Below, piece by piece: positions 38,298-47,199 of a DNA stretch of 52,692 bases (the first letter of the stretch is position 1; each line of letters begins with the position of its first letter). Under the pieces are notes generated by a model. That model did not search any database and was not told the origin of the DNA. It saw only the letters and a list, made by a program, of their open reading frames with translations. Both the position numbers and the translations under genes were made by a program. Source of the stretch: a virus (Duplodnaviria; Caudoviricetes); IMG/VR virus record IMGVR_UViG_3300032329_000320, positions 1 through 52,692 of that record. One strand, given 5' to 3'.

Positions 38298-38708
38298 TTA
38301 GTTTTTTCTCCTACCCCTTTTCGCACTTTTCTTTACAGCAGATAGGTCATTTGCTTTTAGCTTGGCTATTAGCTCTATGCATTCTGTTTGAGATGAAGGG
38401 AAGAATATCTCCGGAGTGAACTCTTCCCTAGAAGACAAGAAGTATTTAAATAACTTCCATCTTAATTTATTCTCGGGTCTAAAAAAACCCTTGGTATCAA
38501 CGATGACTGGAAAGTCTTTTGGATACACTACAAAGTCGACTGTTAAAGTCATTTTCCTTAACGTCTCACTATTGTATTTTATTTTATCAAAGAGTACATA
38601 TTCTACTTGAAACTCGAACCTTAACTTACTTTTAACAAGTAGCTCATACATATAGAGCTCCAATTTAGAGTCGAATTTAAGTCCATGCTTATGTACCTTT
38701 TTTATCAT
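38298..38708 (-). CDS. PD-(D/E)XK endonuclease, DUF1064-like
   Basis: FDSKLE, VDF, VDTKGF motifs. Confidence 0.75.
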   Translation of the reverse strand: MIKKVHKHGLKFDSKLELYMYELLVKSKLRFEFQVEYVLFDKIKYNSETLRKMTLTVDFVVYPKDFPVIVDTKGFFRPENKLRWKLFKYFLSSREEFTPEIFFPSSQTECIELIAKLKANDLSAVKKSAKRGRRKN

Positions 38709-38974
38709 TTCTTGCCTCTCGCTCTTTTGTCTCCAGGTTGGTCTGACTTTGAGCCACGGTTAGCTGATTCTGACTTAACCTTTAAGCCTGATTTGGTATG
38801 AGCCATGTCCTTCTTGTCTCCGTTGCCATATGTTCCGGCTTTTCTATTGGCTTTATTAAGTTCAGTACGCTTTTCTACTTGCTCTTTCTTTTTATTGAAG
38901 GCCTTATCGTAGTCAGCTTTTTTCTTTTTAGCTTCAGGGTTCTTGTCGTAGAACTCTTGTGTTTTACCTTTCAT
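38705..38974 (-). CDS. Basic protein with degenerate HNH-like motif
   Basis: GDKKDMAH...SANRG; Lys/Arg rich. Confidence 0.6.
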   Translation of the reverse strand: MKGKTQEFYDKNPEAKKKKADYDKAFNKKKEQVEKRTELNKANRKAGTYGNGDKKDMAHTKSGLKVKSESANRGSKSDQPGDKRARGKK

Positions 38975-38975
38975 A

Positions 38976-39377
38976 TTATAATTTTTCTATTTCAGATTTA
39001 AGATATGATAATGAACTTCTAAGTATCTCCACTTGATAGTGCATCTCTTTGATTAACAGTTCCATTACTTCATCATAAAAAAGCACATCTCCCATCTCTG
39101 CATTGAGTATATATTTCTTCTCATTTGCGTTCTTGCCACTCTCTTGGTCTAACAAAGGTAGCTTTTGTAGTGCATATTTGTTGCATAAATATGTAAAAGA
39201 TGCTTTTGTATGGGCAGCTAGGGCTTGAACAGACTGAATGCACTCCATCTGTTTTAATACAGCTACTGGATTATCCATCTCTATTTTGTTGGCTATAACC
39301 TTACGAACTGCTTCGTAGTTATTAACAGTTGCTTCAAATTTTCTATTGAGCAAATCGTCTTTAAAAATCTCTCTCAT
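38976..39377 (-). CDS. Hypothetical helical protein
   Basis: 133-aa ORF in a packed operon. Confidence 0.7.
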   Translation of the reverse strand: MREIFKDDLLNRKFEATVNNYEAVRKVIANKIEMDNPVAVLKQMECIQSVQALAAHTKASFTYLCNKYALQKLPLLDQESGKNANEKKYILNAEMGDVLFYDEVMELLIKEMHYQVEILRSSLSYLKSEIEKL

Positions 39378-39380
39378 ATA

Positions 39381-39743
39381 TTATTGTTTAAATAGTTCGT
39401 GTATTGGTATTAAAAAGCCCTTAGATGTATCGTTGTCTCCGCCATTCATCAGGTATCTACCTTCCTTATGAAACCTCCTTAGTTTGTCTTTAAGGATAGC
39501 AACATCTAGTATGATGGCTGATTTAGATTCATCTATAATGTATATCCAATAATGAGCGTCTGATGTAGATACTCCCGAATGTTTTCCTCTTGACTCGTAT
39601 TCTATAAATACATTACCTGTTTTGTGAGCCAACCTGTCGGTCTTTACTTCTACCTTCTTACCACTAGTAAATATATCATTTACCCAATCCTCTCCAACAG
39701 TTCCAAAGTCTAAGTCGTGCGTGAAGCTAGATGAGTATTTCAT
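39381..39743 (-). CDS. Restriction-endonuclease-fold protein
   Basis: VEVKTD..TGNVFIEY..SG...S.AHYW motif. Confidence 0.7.
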   Translation of the reverse strand: MKYSSSFTHDLDFGTVGEDWVNDIFTSGKKVEVKTDRLAHKTGNVFIEYESRGKHSGVSTSDAHYWIYIIDESKSAIILDVAILKDKLRRFHKEGRYLMNGGDNDTSKGFLIPIHELFKQ

Positions 39744-39997
39744 TTTTTATTTTGTTTTAAATACTTCTCGTAATCAATGTGTCTTATTACGTAAGGCTTA
39801 CCATTCTTATCTGTTATCTTACCATTACCTCTTAGCTTTGAATAAGAGAATTTACCTTGACTTGCACCTAAAAACTTTAAGCAGTCACTAACTCTCCTAA
39901 ATACTATTTTATTCTTTGCTCTCTCCTCTATTGGAAGTGTTAAATCATATAGAGCAATGGGTGTGCTCTCGAAAACATTTTCAATATTTACTTTCAT
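39740..39997 (-). CDS. Hypothetical protein, possible small DNA-binding domain
   Basis: 85 aa; FRRVSDCLKFLG helix pattern. Confidence 0.55.
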   Translation of the reverse strand: MKVNIENVFESTPIALYDLTLPIEERAKNKIVFRRVSDCLKFLGASQGKFSYSKLRGNGKITDKNGKPYVIRHIDYEKYLKQNKK

Positions 39998-39999
39998 AC

Positions 40000-41802
40000 T
40001 TAGAACGGGATATTTTTTGATGTTGGTTTAGGAATTCTTTTAATAGGCGTGTCTCCGTATAAGTCAACGAACTCAACTCCTCCTCTTAATTTTAAGATGA
40101 TAGGGTTCTTTGACTGCGTAGGGTTTCCGCCAGTGTCTTTGTTTCTAATCTTGTGCACGTAGATTTCAGTGTTCATCCATGTAGCTGCATCATATATATT
40201 TCTATGAATAGTTATGAAGTTGTCCGTCTTATTCATTAAGACAGAGCCACCCTCAGCATCTGCTGCCCTTGGTGGAAGTTGGTTACCATCTTTGTCAACA
40301 GTCCTTTGTGCATTAGTATTAGTATGAACAGATAGGAATGTGCTGATATTATGCTTTTTAGTGAATAGTAATATTTCCGAGTATGCTCTAACATTGTAAT
40401 CATATTGTGTTGCTCTGCCTAGTTCCATACTTAGTGAGTTGTATGGGTCTATAAGCAATCCTTTTATTGAACGATATTTAGCTGTGGTAATGACGTTATT
40501 TAATATGTCTTTATATGTTACCATATCTAGATTATTCATAATAAAAAATCTATCATTTACCCACTTCATAGCGACTTCAAAAATATCTTGGGGCACATCT
40601 TTAATCTTGTACCCTGTATAATATTCTATGAGCCTCATCTTTATTGATGCGGTCTTGTTCTCTCCTGAGAATATAAACCAACCCCAATCGTATTTATGTG
40701 CAGCAAGAAACGCTAACCATAAGTTGATAGTTGTCTTTCCCGTATTAGCGTGAGAAAGTATTCCATAGAACTCTCCTTCTTTTAAAAGCAAGTGTTCATC
40801 TAGGTCTTTATATCCATAAGGCATACCCATAGGAATCATGCCATGCTTAAACTTGTAGATGTAATCTTCATCAGCTATGTTATCCGAAAGAAATGACAAC
40901 TCTTGGTCTATGATACCAAGGTCATGTTCTACATTTAACAGTTCAGAATTAACCTCTGTTAAAGGTCTAGTCATACCGAATCTTAAACCATCTTCAATAG
41001 TTTTCTTAGCTAGGAATATATCATCTACATTCTTTTTTGAAATCTCATGTATCAGTGTATCTCTAGCTATATCGTATTCCATGATTCCTGCAGAAACATA
41101 TCCACCCATAAGATTGGAAGCTGATAATAAAACTTTATGCTTTTCCCCATCAGGTGCTTTCCTAATCATACGAGCAGCAACATCTAGTTTTCTATAGTCA
41201 GTAGATATTTGCGACAAGTTTATTGCATCTCCAAAAGAAACAGCCTCTTCTTGTTCTAGTTCATAAAAAGGAACAGCAATCTCATTGATGTAAATGTCAG
41301 GGTCATACGATAGAAATAAGATGCGACTCTCATTTTGTGCAGTAGTATCTAAAAATGGAAACTTTTTACATAGTGCTCTATAGTGTTCTCTATGTTTATT
41401 TCCATCGGATATTCTAACTAGCCCATGAAGTCCTCTGCCTGATGATGATGTCCACAATGCGTATACATAAGGTTCATGCATTAATGCTTCCTTTAACTCT
41501 TCTACATTGTCTATAGAATCAACATCAATAGGAACTAGTAAGCTGTGTCTTGTAAGTGACCTATCGTTTCTATAAGACTCTCTTCCAGAGTCAGCTATAG
41601 GTCTTCTAAATTCCCCTGAAAAGCATACACATGGTAACTCCTTCTTGAGTTCCGTTCTTTCAGATTTGTCTTCTGAGTTTCTAATTTTATTTATAAGTTC
41701 TAGATTCTTGCCACCTGTCTTGATGGAATGCAATACGTTATCCACGGATGTGTAAATTGGATTACCTACATCCGAGTAATGTTTAAATACTGTGACGTTC
41801 AT
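40000..41802 (-). CDS. Primase-helicase: BT4734/VirE-N-like domain plus DnaB-like helicase
   Basis: LKKELP..FSG.F, IDVD, SSSGRGLH, RILFLSYDP; helicase HANTGKT, LLIDPYN, KIRN. Confidence 0.85.
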   Translation of the reverse strand: MNVTVFKHYSDVGNPIYTSVDNVLHSIKTGGKNLELINKIRNSEDKSERTELKKELPCVCFSGEFRRPIADSGRESYRNDRSLTRHSLLVPIDVDSIDNVEELKEALMHEPYVYALWTSSSGRGLHGLVRISDGNKHREHYRALCKKFPFLDTTAQNESRILFLSYDPDIYINEIAVPFYELEQEEAVSFGDAINLSQISTDYRKLDVAARMIRKAPDGEKHKVLLSASNLMGGYVSAGIMEYDIARDTLIHEISKKNVDDIFLAKKTIEDGLRFGMTRPLTEVNSELLNVEHDLGIIDQELSFLSDNIADEDYIYKFKHGMIPMGMPYGYKDLDEHLLLKEGEFYGILSHANTGKTTINLWLAFLAAHKYDWGWFIFSGENKTASIKMRLIEYYTGYKIKDVPQDIFEVAMKWVNDRFFIMNNLDMVTYKDILNNVITTAKYRSIKGLLIDPYNSLSMELGRATQYDYNVRAYSEILLFTKKHNISTFLSVHTNTNAQRTVDKDGNQLPPRAADAEGGSVLMNKTDNFITIHRNIYDAATWMNTEIYVHKIRNKDTGGNPTQSKNPIILKLRGGVEFVDLYGDTPIKRIPKPTSKNIPF

Positions 41803-41818
41803 AGCTTAAAGTTGAGAG

Positions 41819-41885
41819 AATCCGGTATTGGAATCGAACCAATATCTTATCCGTACGAATAGTTTTGCCGTTAAACTAACCGGAT
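41819..41885 (-). ncRNA. tRNA-like RNA with truncated anticodon arm
   Basis: Acceptor ATCCGGT/ACCGGAT, T8A9, D arm GTTT-AACGGCA-AAAC, T arm ATTGG-TTCGATT-CCAAT; only 18 nt between D and T arms. Confidence 0.75.
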
Positions 41886-41974
41886 TACCAACTAGATGCA
41901 GTTCCCATTAAATAACTCTTGATTAATTAATTAATTTAGATTGATTATTTACTGCAACTAGTGTGGTCTTTTTT

Positions 41975-42244
41975 CTAGAATGGTAGGTCGTCATCTGCTT
42001 CCTTAACAGGAACTCTTTCTTGAGTTGCAGACTTTGTTGGAACCCATGTATCTTGAACAGCAAACATATTAGAGCCGAACTTATCCGGACTCTTTCTATT
42101 CTTTAATTCAACTTTTACAGAGCCCTTCTCATCCTGAAGTTTAGCTAACTCTTCGGTTAACAACTTAACATCAATAAGGAACTTAACGCCATACTGACTA
42201 GACTTGGCAAACTTGATGCCATTTAGGTAATTGGTTTGTGACAT
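41975..42244 (-). CDS. Putative single-stranded DNA-binding protein
   Basis: 89 aa, acidic tail DDDLPF; PDKFG motif; next to the helicase. Confidence 0.65.
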   Translation of the reverse strand: MSQTNYLNGIKFAKSSQYGVKFLIDVKLLTEELAKLQDEKGSVKVELKNRKSPDKFGSNMFAVQDTWVPTKSATQERVPVKEADDDLPF

Positions 42245-42255
42245 TTGCTTTTGGT

Positions 42256-42492
42256 TTACTTTTTTGTTACATTGATTTGGATATCGTATCCTAGTTGGTC
42301 GAATACATCTAGTACAGCCCCTATAGATACTGTTCTTGGTTTACCCTTCACATCTTTATATTTCCCTGAATAGTTGGCAAAGAACCAGTAGAAGTGTGAC
42401 TTATGGTTTTTAGGTATTTCTTCTAACTGCTCTGCTAAACTCGGGAATGATTTTTGTAATTTGCTTTTGTTTATATACTTGAGGCGACTCAT
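42256..42492 (-). CDS. Hypothetical protein, HTH-like C-terminus
   Basis: VSIGAVLDVFDQLGYDIQI resembles XRE-type C-termini. Confidence 0.5.
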   Translation of the reverse strand: MSRLKYINKSKLQKSFPSLAEQLEEIPKNHKSHFYWFFANYSGKYKDVKGKPRTVSIGAVLDVFDQLGYDIQINVTKK

Positions 42493-42824
42493 TTAACCCT
42501 CCTTACGTGCTTTACTTTCCCAAACACTATTTTTACATCATATACAAATGGTTCATTGTTGTGGAATGTGTACATTCTGATATCCTTATCCCCGTTGTAT
42601 CTTTTAGTACCCAAAGGAACGGCCTCCATCTTTTTGGAGAAGAGGCCATCCTCATCGGTATTATCTACTAACTGAAACTCGTAATCTTCGTATGTTACAT
42701 TACTATCTCTCACGGTAAACTCTAGCCATTCTCTGTCTAGGTCGTGAGTTTGGAATATCAGTCCCCTTTGAGTTGTCTCAGGAAGCTCATCCATCCATTT
42801 TATTATGTCGAATCTTTTTGACAT
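42489..42824 (-). CDS. Hypothetical protein
   Basis: 111 aa; promoter TATATTTG on - strand at 42840-42847. Confidence 0.65.
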   Translation of the reverse strand: MSKRFDIIKWMDELPETTQRGLIFQTHDLDREWLEFTVRDSNVTYEDYEFQLVDNTDEDGLFSKKMEAVPLGTKRYNGDKDIRMYTFHNNEPFVYDVKIVFGKVKHVRRVK

Positions 42825-42871
42825 TTAATATATTTATTGCAAATATACAATGTTTTTTAGCAATTTATATA

Positions 42872-43645
42872 CTAGTTATTAACTTTTTTCATCCAACCTG
42901 GAAGAGATAAGGTATTTTCATTGTTTACCTTCCAATCTATACCAACATTAAACCCGTCTGCTATCATACAGCCTAAGAAATCATTGGCTGCCTTTTTGAT
43001 AGCGTATTTGCCTAACTCGATAAACTCTTGGTCAGGAATCATAAATCCGAAATCAAATACAGAACCTGTCTGAATGATTAGATACAAACATTTCTTACCT
43101 GTTACCTCGCTATATAGACCTGCCTGCCAATGATACTTAAGGTCTGAAAATCTTTTCTGTAGGTTGCTGTAAGAAGCATCGTCAATAGTCTTTACTTCTA
43201 GAAAGAAATCATCGGCCTCACCATCAATGTATCCAGTAAAAGGTAGTCCTGATACTTCGTACTCAAATTTTCTTTCCTTATGGGTTAGCTTATAAATAAT
43301 ATCAGTAAATTCACTTGACTGATTCATTACATCAATCATTGACTTTGCATTGCTCCATTGAGCAGATGTTACAATCTCTTTACCCTGAGACATCTCTTCG
43401 GCTTCTTTCCATTTGGTCTTGCCTTCCGATGTTCTTCTATCTACATCCGGCATGGCGTAGAATCTAGATTCAACTGTATCGGGTTCTAGTATATGAGCAT
43501 GCACTAGGCTGCCGAATCTCATTGCATCTGATGGTTCTCTTTTAGAGTTGATGTAATGTACATAGTGAGCCGGACTTTTGTCGAACTCTTTAATAGAAGA
43601 GAAGCTAAGTGGTCTACTCTTCAAAAATTCTAAATCTACTTGCAT
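42872..43645 (-). CDS. RecE/Exo VIII-like PD-(D/E)XK exonuclease (DUF3799-like)
   Basis: LSFSSIKEF.KSPAHY, AMRFGSLVHAHILEP, GYID..LEVKT, YHWQAGLY. Confidence 0.85.
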   Translation of the reverse strand: MQVDLEFLKSRPLSFSSIKEFDKSPAHYVHYINSKREPSDAMRFGSLVHAHILEPDTVESRFYAMPDVDRRTSEGKTKWKEAEEMSQGKEIVTSAQWSNAKSMIDVMNQSSEFTDIIYKLTHKERKFEYEVSGLPFTGYIDGEADDFFLEVKTIDDASYSNLQKRFSDLKYHWQAGLYSEVTGKKCLYLIIQTGSVFDFGFMIPDQEFIELGKYAIKKAANDFLGCMIADGFNVGIDWKVNNENTLSLPGWMKKVNN

Positions 43646-44226
43646 GATTCTAATTTTTTAGTTACGTATAATCTGAACTCTTTGTTACTCTTTACGTCAT
43701 CGCTCATTGTTTTTGACAACGCTATAACCTCCTCTTTCGTTTTACATTTGTCTATTGAAGACTTGATGTCATTAGTGAAAAGGTTATTAGAGTATTCTAC
43801 AAGAGCCTTATCGTGCTGCCCCTTAAATACGTCAATACCGATACCTATGTACGAAGCTATCTTGGTAATAGCATCAGTTGCCGCACCTTTACTAGCATCT
43901 CCAATATCATCGTTAGTAGATGAGGCTACGCACTCGTAGTATATACCATACTCTATTACCTCAAACTTTGTTTTCATTAGTGCTGTATACTCAGTACGCT
44001 CAGCACCTGCTTTAGTAATCTTAATATTCTTTACTAGCGCAAGTGGATTGTCTATTAAGTCTGTCTTAATTGTCCATCCACCAATTCCGAAAACATCATT
44101 AAATCTTTCTGTTACATAGATTGCTTTAATAGTAGAAAGGTTTTGCTTTGATGGGTGTGGCATAACAGCTTCTTTAGGAAGCGGTTTTTTAATTAGAGCT
44201 ATCTGCTCTTGGGATAATGTTTTCAT
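43636..44226 (-). CDS. Rad52/22-like single-strand annealing protein (Sak-like)
   Basis: YVTERFNDVFGIGGW and KGAATDAITKIASYIGIGIDVF. Confidence 0.8.
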   Translation of the reverse strand: MKTLSQEQIALIKKPLPKEAVMPHPSKQNLSTIKAIYVTERFNDVFGIGGWTIKTDLIDNPLALVKNIKITKAGAERTEYTALMKTKFEVIEYGIYYECVASSTNDDIGDASKGAATDAITKIASYIGIGIDVFKGQHDKALVEYSNNLFTNDIKSSIDKCKTKEEVIALSKTMSDDVKSNKEFRLYVTKKLESCK

Positions 44227-44827
44227 TTTCTAATATGTTTTTAACTTTTGTATATAAATCGTTTAGGTTTCCGTCATTATTAATCACTGCATCGAAGTTC
44301 CATCTATCTAAATCAACCTCAGACGGGTGATTATTCACAGGGAATACTCCTGGCCTATTAACTCTGATTATAATTCCACCTCTTTCCTTTATCGATATGG
44401 CTTCATTATTGAATCTGCAATCGGTTATAATCCAATTAGGAACATCTTTGAACCACAGCTTCATATTTCCATCGTCTAGTATATCTATTCCTTGTTCTGT
44501 CTTATAGTCATACATTAGAGCATTTACCCAAGCGTTTCTATGTAAACCTATTCTAATAGATTCAGTTCCCAATATTTGCATAAACTCTCTTACACTCATT
44601 TGCGTATGGCTACCTCTTCTATTTGCCCACTCGTTACCGAGCATGGTACTCTTGAACTCTTGGTCTTCAAAATTATCTTCAGGTATACCTGTTAGAATAG
44701 AAGCAACAGTTTTTAGTTTACCTGCAAACTTTTTTACTTGCCAATCTTTGTCAGGCTGAATCTTTTGTATCATGCTAGCAACCTCATCTTTCCCTGAGCC
44801 AGCATATCCTGATATTCCATATATCAT
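44189..44827 (-). CDS. Deoxynucleoside monophosphate kinase
   Basis: GISGYAGSGKD P-loop, FAGKLK, REFMQILGTE, IITDCRFNNE, HPSE. Confidence 0.9.
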   Translation of the reverse strand: MIYGISGYAGSGKDEVASMIQKIQPDKDWQVKKFAGKLKTVASILTGIPEDNFEDQEFKSTMLGNEWANRRGSHTQMSVREFMQILGTESIRIGLHRNAWVNALMYDYKTEQGIDILDDGNMKLWFKDVPNWIITDCRFNNEAISIKERGGIIIRVNRPGVFPVNNHPSEVDLDRWNFDAVINNDGNLNDLYTKVKNILENENIIPRADSSN

Positions 44828-44845
44828 ATTAATTTATTTTAATTT

Positions 44846-45139
44846 TTAAATACTTTTCACAACAGTCTTCTCTACGAAATCTATCCTAACATCCATAAGC
44901 TCCGATAACATGATATACAATTGAACAGCCTCTGCATAACCTAATAAAAGAAGTTTGCCATTTTCGTGCATCTTTATAGCATAACCATTTCCATTGTCGT
45001 CTACCGACATTACTCTTTTGTTTCTAGCGGTCGTTGTCCATAGTTTGTCATCTGAAGTCCATAATTCTCCTTCATCTGAAACATTAAACTCGTGCTCATA
45101 AGAACCTGTCGACAATTCTTTAATCATAATTTCTTTCAT
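44846..45139 (-). CDS. Hypothetical protein
   Basis: 97-aa ORF in operon. Confidence 0.65.
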   Translation of the reverse strand: MKEIMIKELSTGSYEHEFNVSDEGELWTSDDKLWTTTARNKRVMSVDDNGNGYAIKMHENGKLLLLGYAEAVQLYIMLSELMDVRIDFVEKTVVKSI

Positions 45140-45148
45140 AGCTTATGT

Positions 45149-45394
45149 TTATTTATTTTCCAATATTTTTTTAACATCAATAAAGTGTTGAACTCTAAAT
45201 GTCATTCCTTCTTCGGTTAACTCATCTATAATGTTATCAACCATTAGGATACTTGTATCTTTAACAGCTCTATCTGAATGTATTTCAGGAACAAGATGTA
45301 AGTGTGTTGGAACGCACGCCCATATACCTATTCTTACTATCTTGCTAACTTCCATCATAATGTTATTAGCTGTTTGTTCAGGTGTCGATATCAT
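45149..45394 (-). CDS. Hypothetical protein
   Basis: 81-aa ORF overlapping the upstream stop. Confidence 0.6.
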   Translation of the reverse strand: MISTPEQTANNIMMEVSKIVRIGIWACVPTHLHLVPEIHSDRAVKDTSILMVDNIIDELTEEGMTFRVQHFIDVKKILENK

Positions 45395-45896
45395 TTTTTG
45401 AATATTTTAGTTTGATTCTTTTTATTACATCTAAATACAGTTCCTTAAAAGACTCATCTCTAACTACTAGATTATCAAATTGCTCAATGCCGTATCTAAT
45501 AGTTGTATGGTCGTATCTAGGACATTTTAGTGTAGCCATTGTATCTCCGATACTATCTAATGTGTGCCCTAATAATCTAGCCAGCTTGAAATATATAAAC
45601 CTCATATTGACTAATTCTATTTTCCTTGAACGGTTTCTAAGCCTAGCTACATCATGTATAAACAGCCTATCACCATACATTTCTAATAGAATATCATCCA
45701 TGGTATCCCTAAGCGTTAGTAGTGGGATATTTGGTACGTCAGAGTTATCATCCATCATTGTTAAAACATGTGGCTCATAACCAATCTTCTCTTTGAATTC
45801 TAGCTTGAAGGATTCGATAAGTCTAGCTTCTAATTTTCTTTTGTAAATAATAGTATCTGTACTTAATTCCGTGTGTTGTAAATAATCATTCTTCAT
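45378..45896 (-). CDS. Protein with DnaA domain IV-like HTH
   Basis: RSRKIELVNMRFI..TLDSIG..YDHTTIRYGI parallels DnaA R..R..IG..RDHTTV. Confidence 0.7.
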   Translation of the reverse strand: MKNDYLQHTELSTDTIIYKRKLEARLIESFKLEFKEKIGYEPHVLTMMDDNSDVPNIPLLTLRDTMDDILLEMYGDRLFIHDVARLRNRSRKIELVNMRFIYFKLARLLGHTLDSIGDTMATLKCPRYDHTTIRYGIEQFDNLVVRDESFKELYLDVIKRIKLKYSKNDIDT

Positions 45897-45913
45897 CTAA
45901 TCGTTTGTTTTAA

Positions 45914-45945
45914 CAAAGGTAATTCTAGTATTGCTAATTAGCAAA
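45914..45945 (-). promoter_or_regulatory. Full Bacteroidota promoter TTTG-N20-TACCTTTG with overlapping palindrome
   Basis: -33 and -7 elements at consensus spacing; TTGCTAATTAGCAA at 45931-45944. Confidence 0.75.
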
Positions 45946-45946
45946 T

Positions 45947-46180
45947 TTATTTTGATGATACTGAAACATTCATATACCTATCATTGTAATACTTGTCTAT
46001 GACTAATCTCTTCCAGGGGCCGGTGTGCCCGTCTTCATCGAATGCGTACATCATGGCATCGTGAATAAAAGTTTTCTCATCAGCTAGTAATTGAGCGTAG
46101 TTATCCACTAGCCACGAGTCAAAGTCATTCTGATTCATGGAAGATTTGGCTGTTAATACAGCTTGTATTGGTGTTATCAT
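45947..46180 (-). CDS. Hypothetical protein
   Basis: 77-aa ORF with A-rich leader. Confidence 0.6.
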   Translation of the reverse strand: MITPIQAVLTAKSSMNQNDFDSWLVDNYAQLLADEKTFIHDAMMYAFDEDGHTGPWKRLVIDKYYNDRYMNVSVSSK

Positions 46181-46272
46181 TTGTTTTTTTTGGGTTTGAT
46201 TTAGGTAGTGATGCTACCATAATGTGCATTACACGACACTTTTTGCGACACTTTTATGTCTTATATGAAACT

Positions 46273-46668
46273 TTATTTTATTTTAAATATAACGTCAGTA
46301 GTCTCGTTTTCTCCCTTTACTAGTGTAATGGATTCTACTATAAGGTCTTGGTATTCTACTTTCGGCCAGAACTTTGCTAGGTTATCCCCTATGACTATAT
46401 AAGGTCCTCCCGATGGGTCTACCATGTCAATACTAGTATCGTCTGCTATGCCATACCGCATCCATGTTCCTCCTTTCATAATAACCTCATTTCCGATATG
46501 CTCAAAGATTATCTTGTCCCTATACCTATTGTGGTATACAACCTTGTTATCTGCACAGTCCTTACAATAAATATCTTCGGTTATTCCGTTATTTATTATG
46601 ACTTTACAATGATGGCAAAGGGTTGCACCTGCACCTCCGTTATACTTATGTATAGGCTTCTTATCCAT
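46273..46668 (-). CDS. Hypothetical protein with N-terminal Zn-ribbon
   Basis: CHHC...CKDC; VDPSGGPYI motif. Confidence 0.65.
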   Translation of the reverse strand: MDKKPIHKYNGGAGATLCHHCKVIINNGITEDIYCKDCADNKVVYHNRYRDKIIFEHIGNEVIMKGGTWMRYGIADDTSIDMVDPSGGPYIVIGDNLAKFWPKVEYQDLIVESITLVKGENETTDVIFKIK

Positions 46669-46671
46669 AGG

Positions 46672-46902
46672 TTATTGGTTATAGGTTTGTTCGTAATACT
46701 TTTCTCCGCTAAACATTGTTTTATTTATTTCCAATGCCTCATCTAAATCACATGCTTTGTAACCTTTATCATAGGATTCTACTATCTGCTCTTTTTCTTT
46801 TTCCAATAGACTCTCTGCTACTTTTATTATTCCAGGTATCATTGTGTTGAAGTCTCTAGCATAATTTAGACGTTCAATGAAATCTTGTAATGCTGTTTTC
46901 AT
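46672..46902 (-). CDS. Small hypothetical protein
   Basis: MKTA...EKEKEQI..Y...YYEQTY pattern common in Bacteroidota phages. Confidence 0.7.
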   Translation of the reverse strand: MKTALQDFIERLNYARDFNTMIPGIIKVAESLLEKEKEQIVESYDKGYKACDLDEALEINKTMFSGEKYYEQTYNQ

Positions 46903-46905
46903 AGG

Positions 46906-47025
46906 TTATCTTCTAATGTTTATAGTAATGTTTAACCAACTTATTTCTAGTAACCACCATGTATATATGTTTATAGATGGGATTAGTGCAAAGTAGAATC
47001 TATTCTTGAATACCGATACTTTCAT
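46906..47025 (-). CDS. 39-aa hydrophobic peptide (not in ORF track)
   Basis: MKVSVFKNRFYFALIPSINIYTWWLLEISWLNITINIRR; ends 3 nt before the next start. Confidence 0.5.
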   Translation of the reverse strand: MKVSVFKNRFYFALIPSINIYTWWLLEISWLNITINIRR

Positions 47026-47109
47026 GGAGTATTTGTTTTAGTTTTTGTATGATGCTCATAATAAAAAGACCTATATAAGCAACTATTCCTATTGTAAAGA
47101 AAGCTATTA

Positions 47110-47199
47110 CTATCTTTCGTTCATGTACTTTAGGATTAGTTTTCTTAGTGTTCCTCTTACTATCTCCCATACTATTATTGTTATTATTATTGTTTTCAT
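47110..47199 (-). CDS. 29-aa amphipathic peptide (not in ORF track)
   Basis: MKTIIITIIVWEIVRGTLRKLILKYMNER. Confidence 0.45.
   Translation of the reverse strand: MKTIIITIIVWEIVRGTLRKLILKYMNER

Noticed and set aside
41819-41885. Canonical tRNA-Tyr (GTA) or tRNA-Val (TAC)
   Set aside because: The segment between D and T arms is 4-5 nt too short for a 5-bp stem with a 7-nt loop; reported as tRNA-like instead
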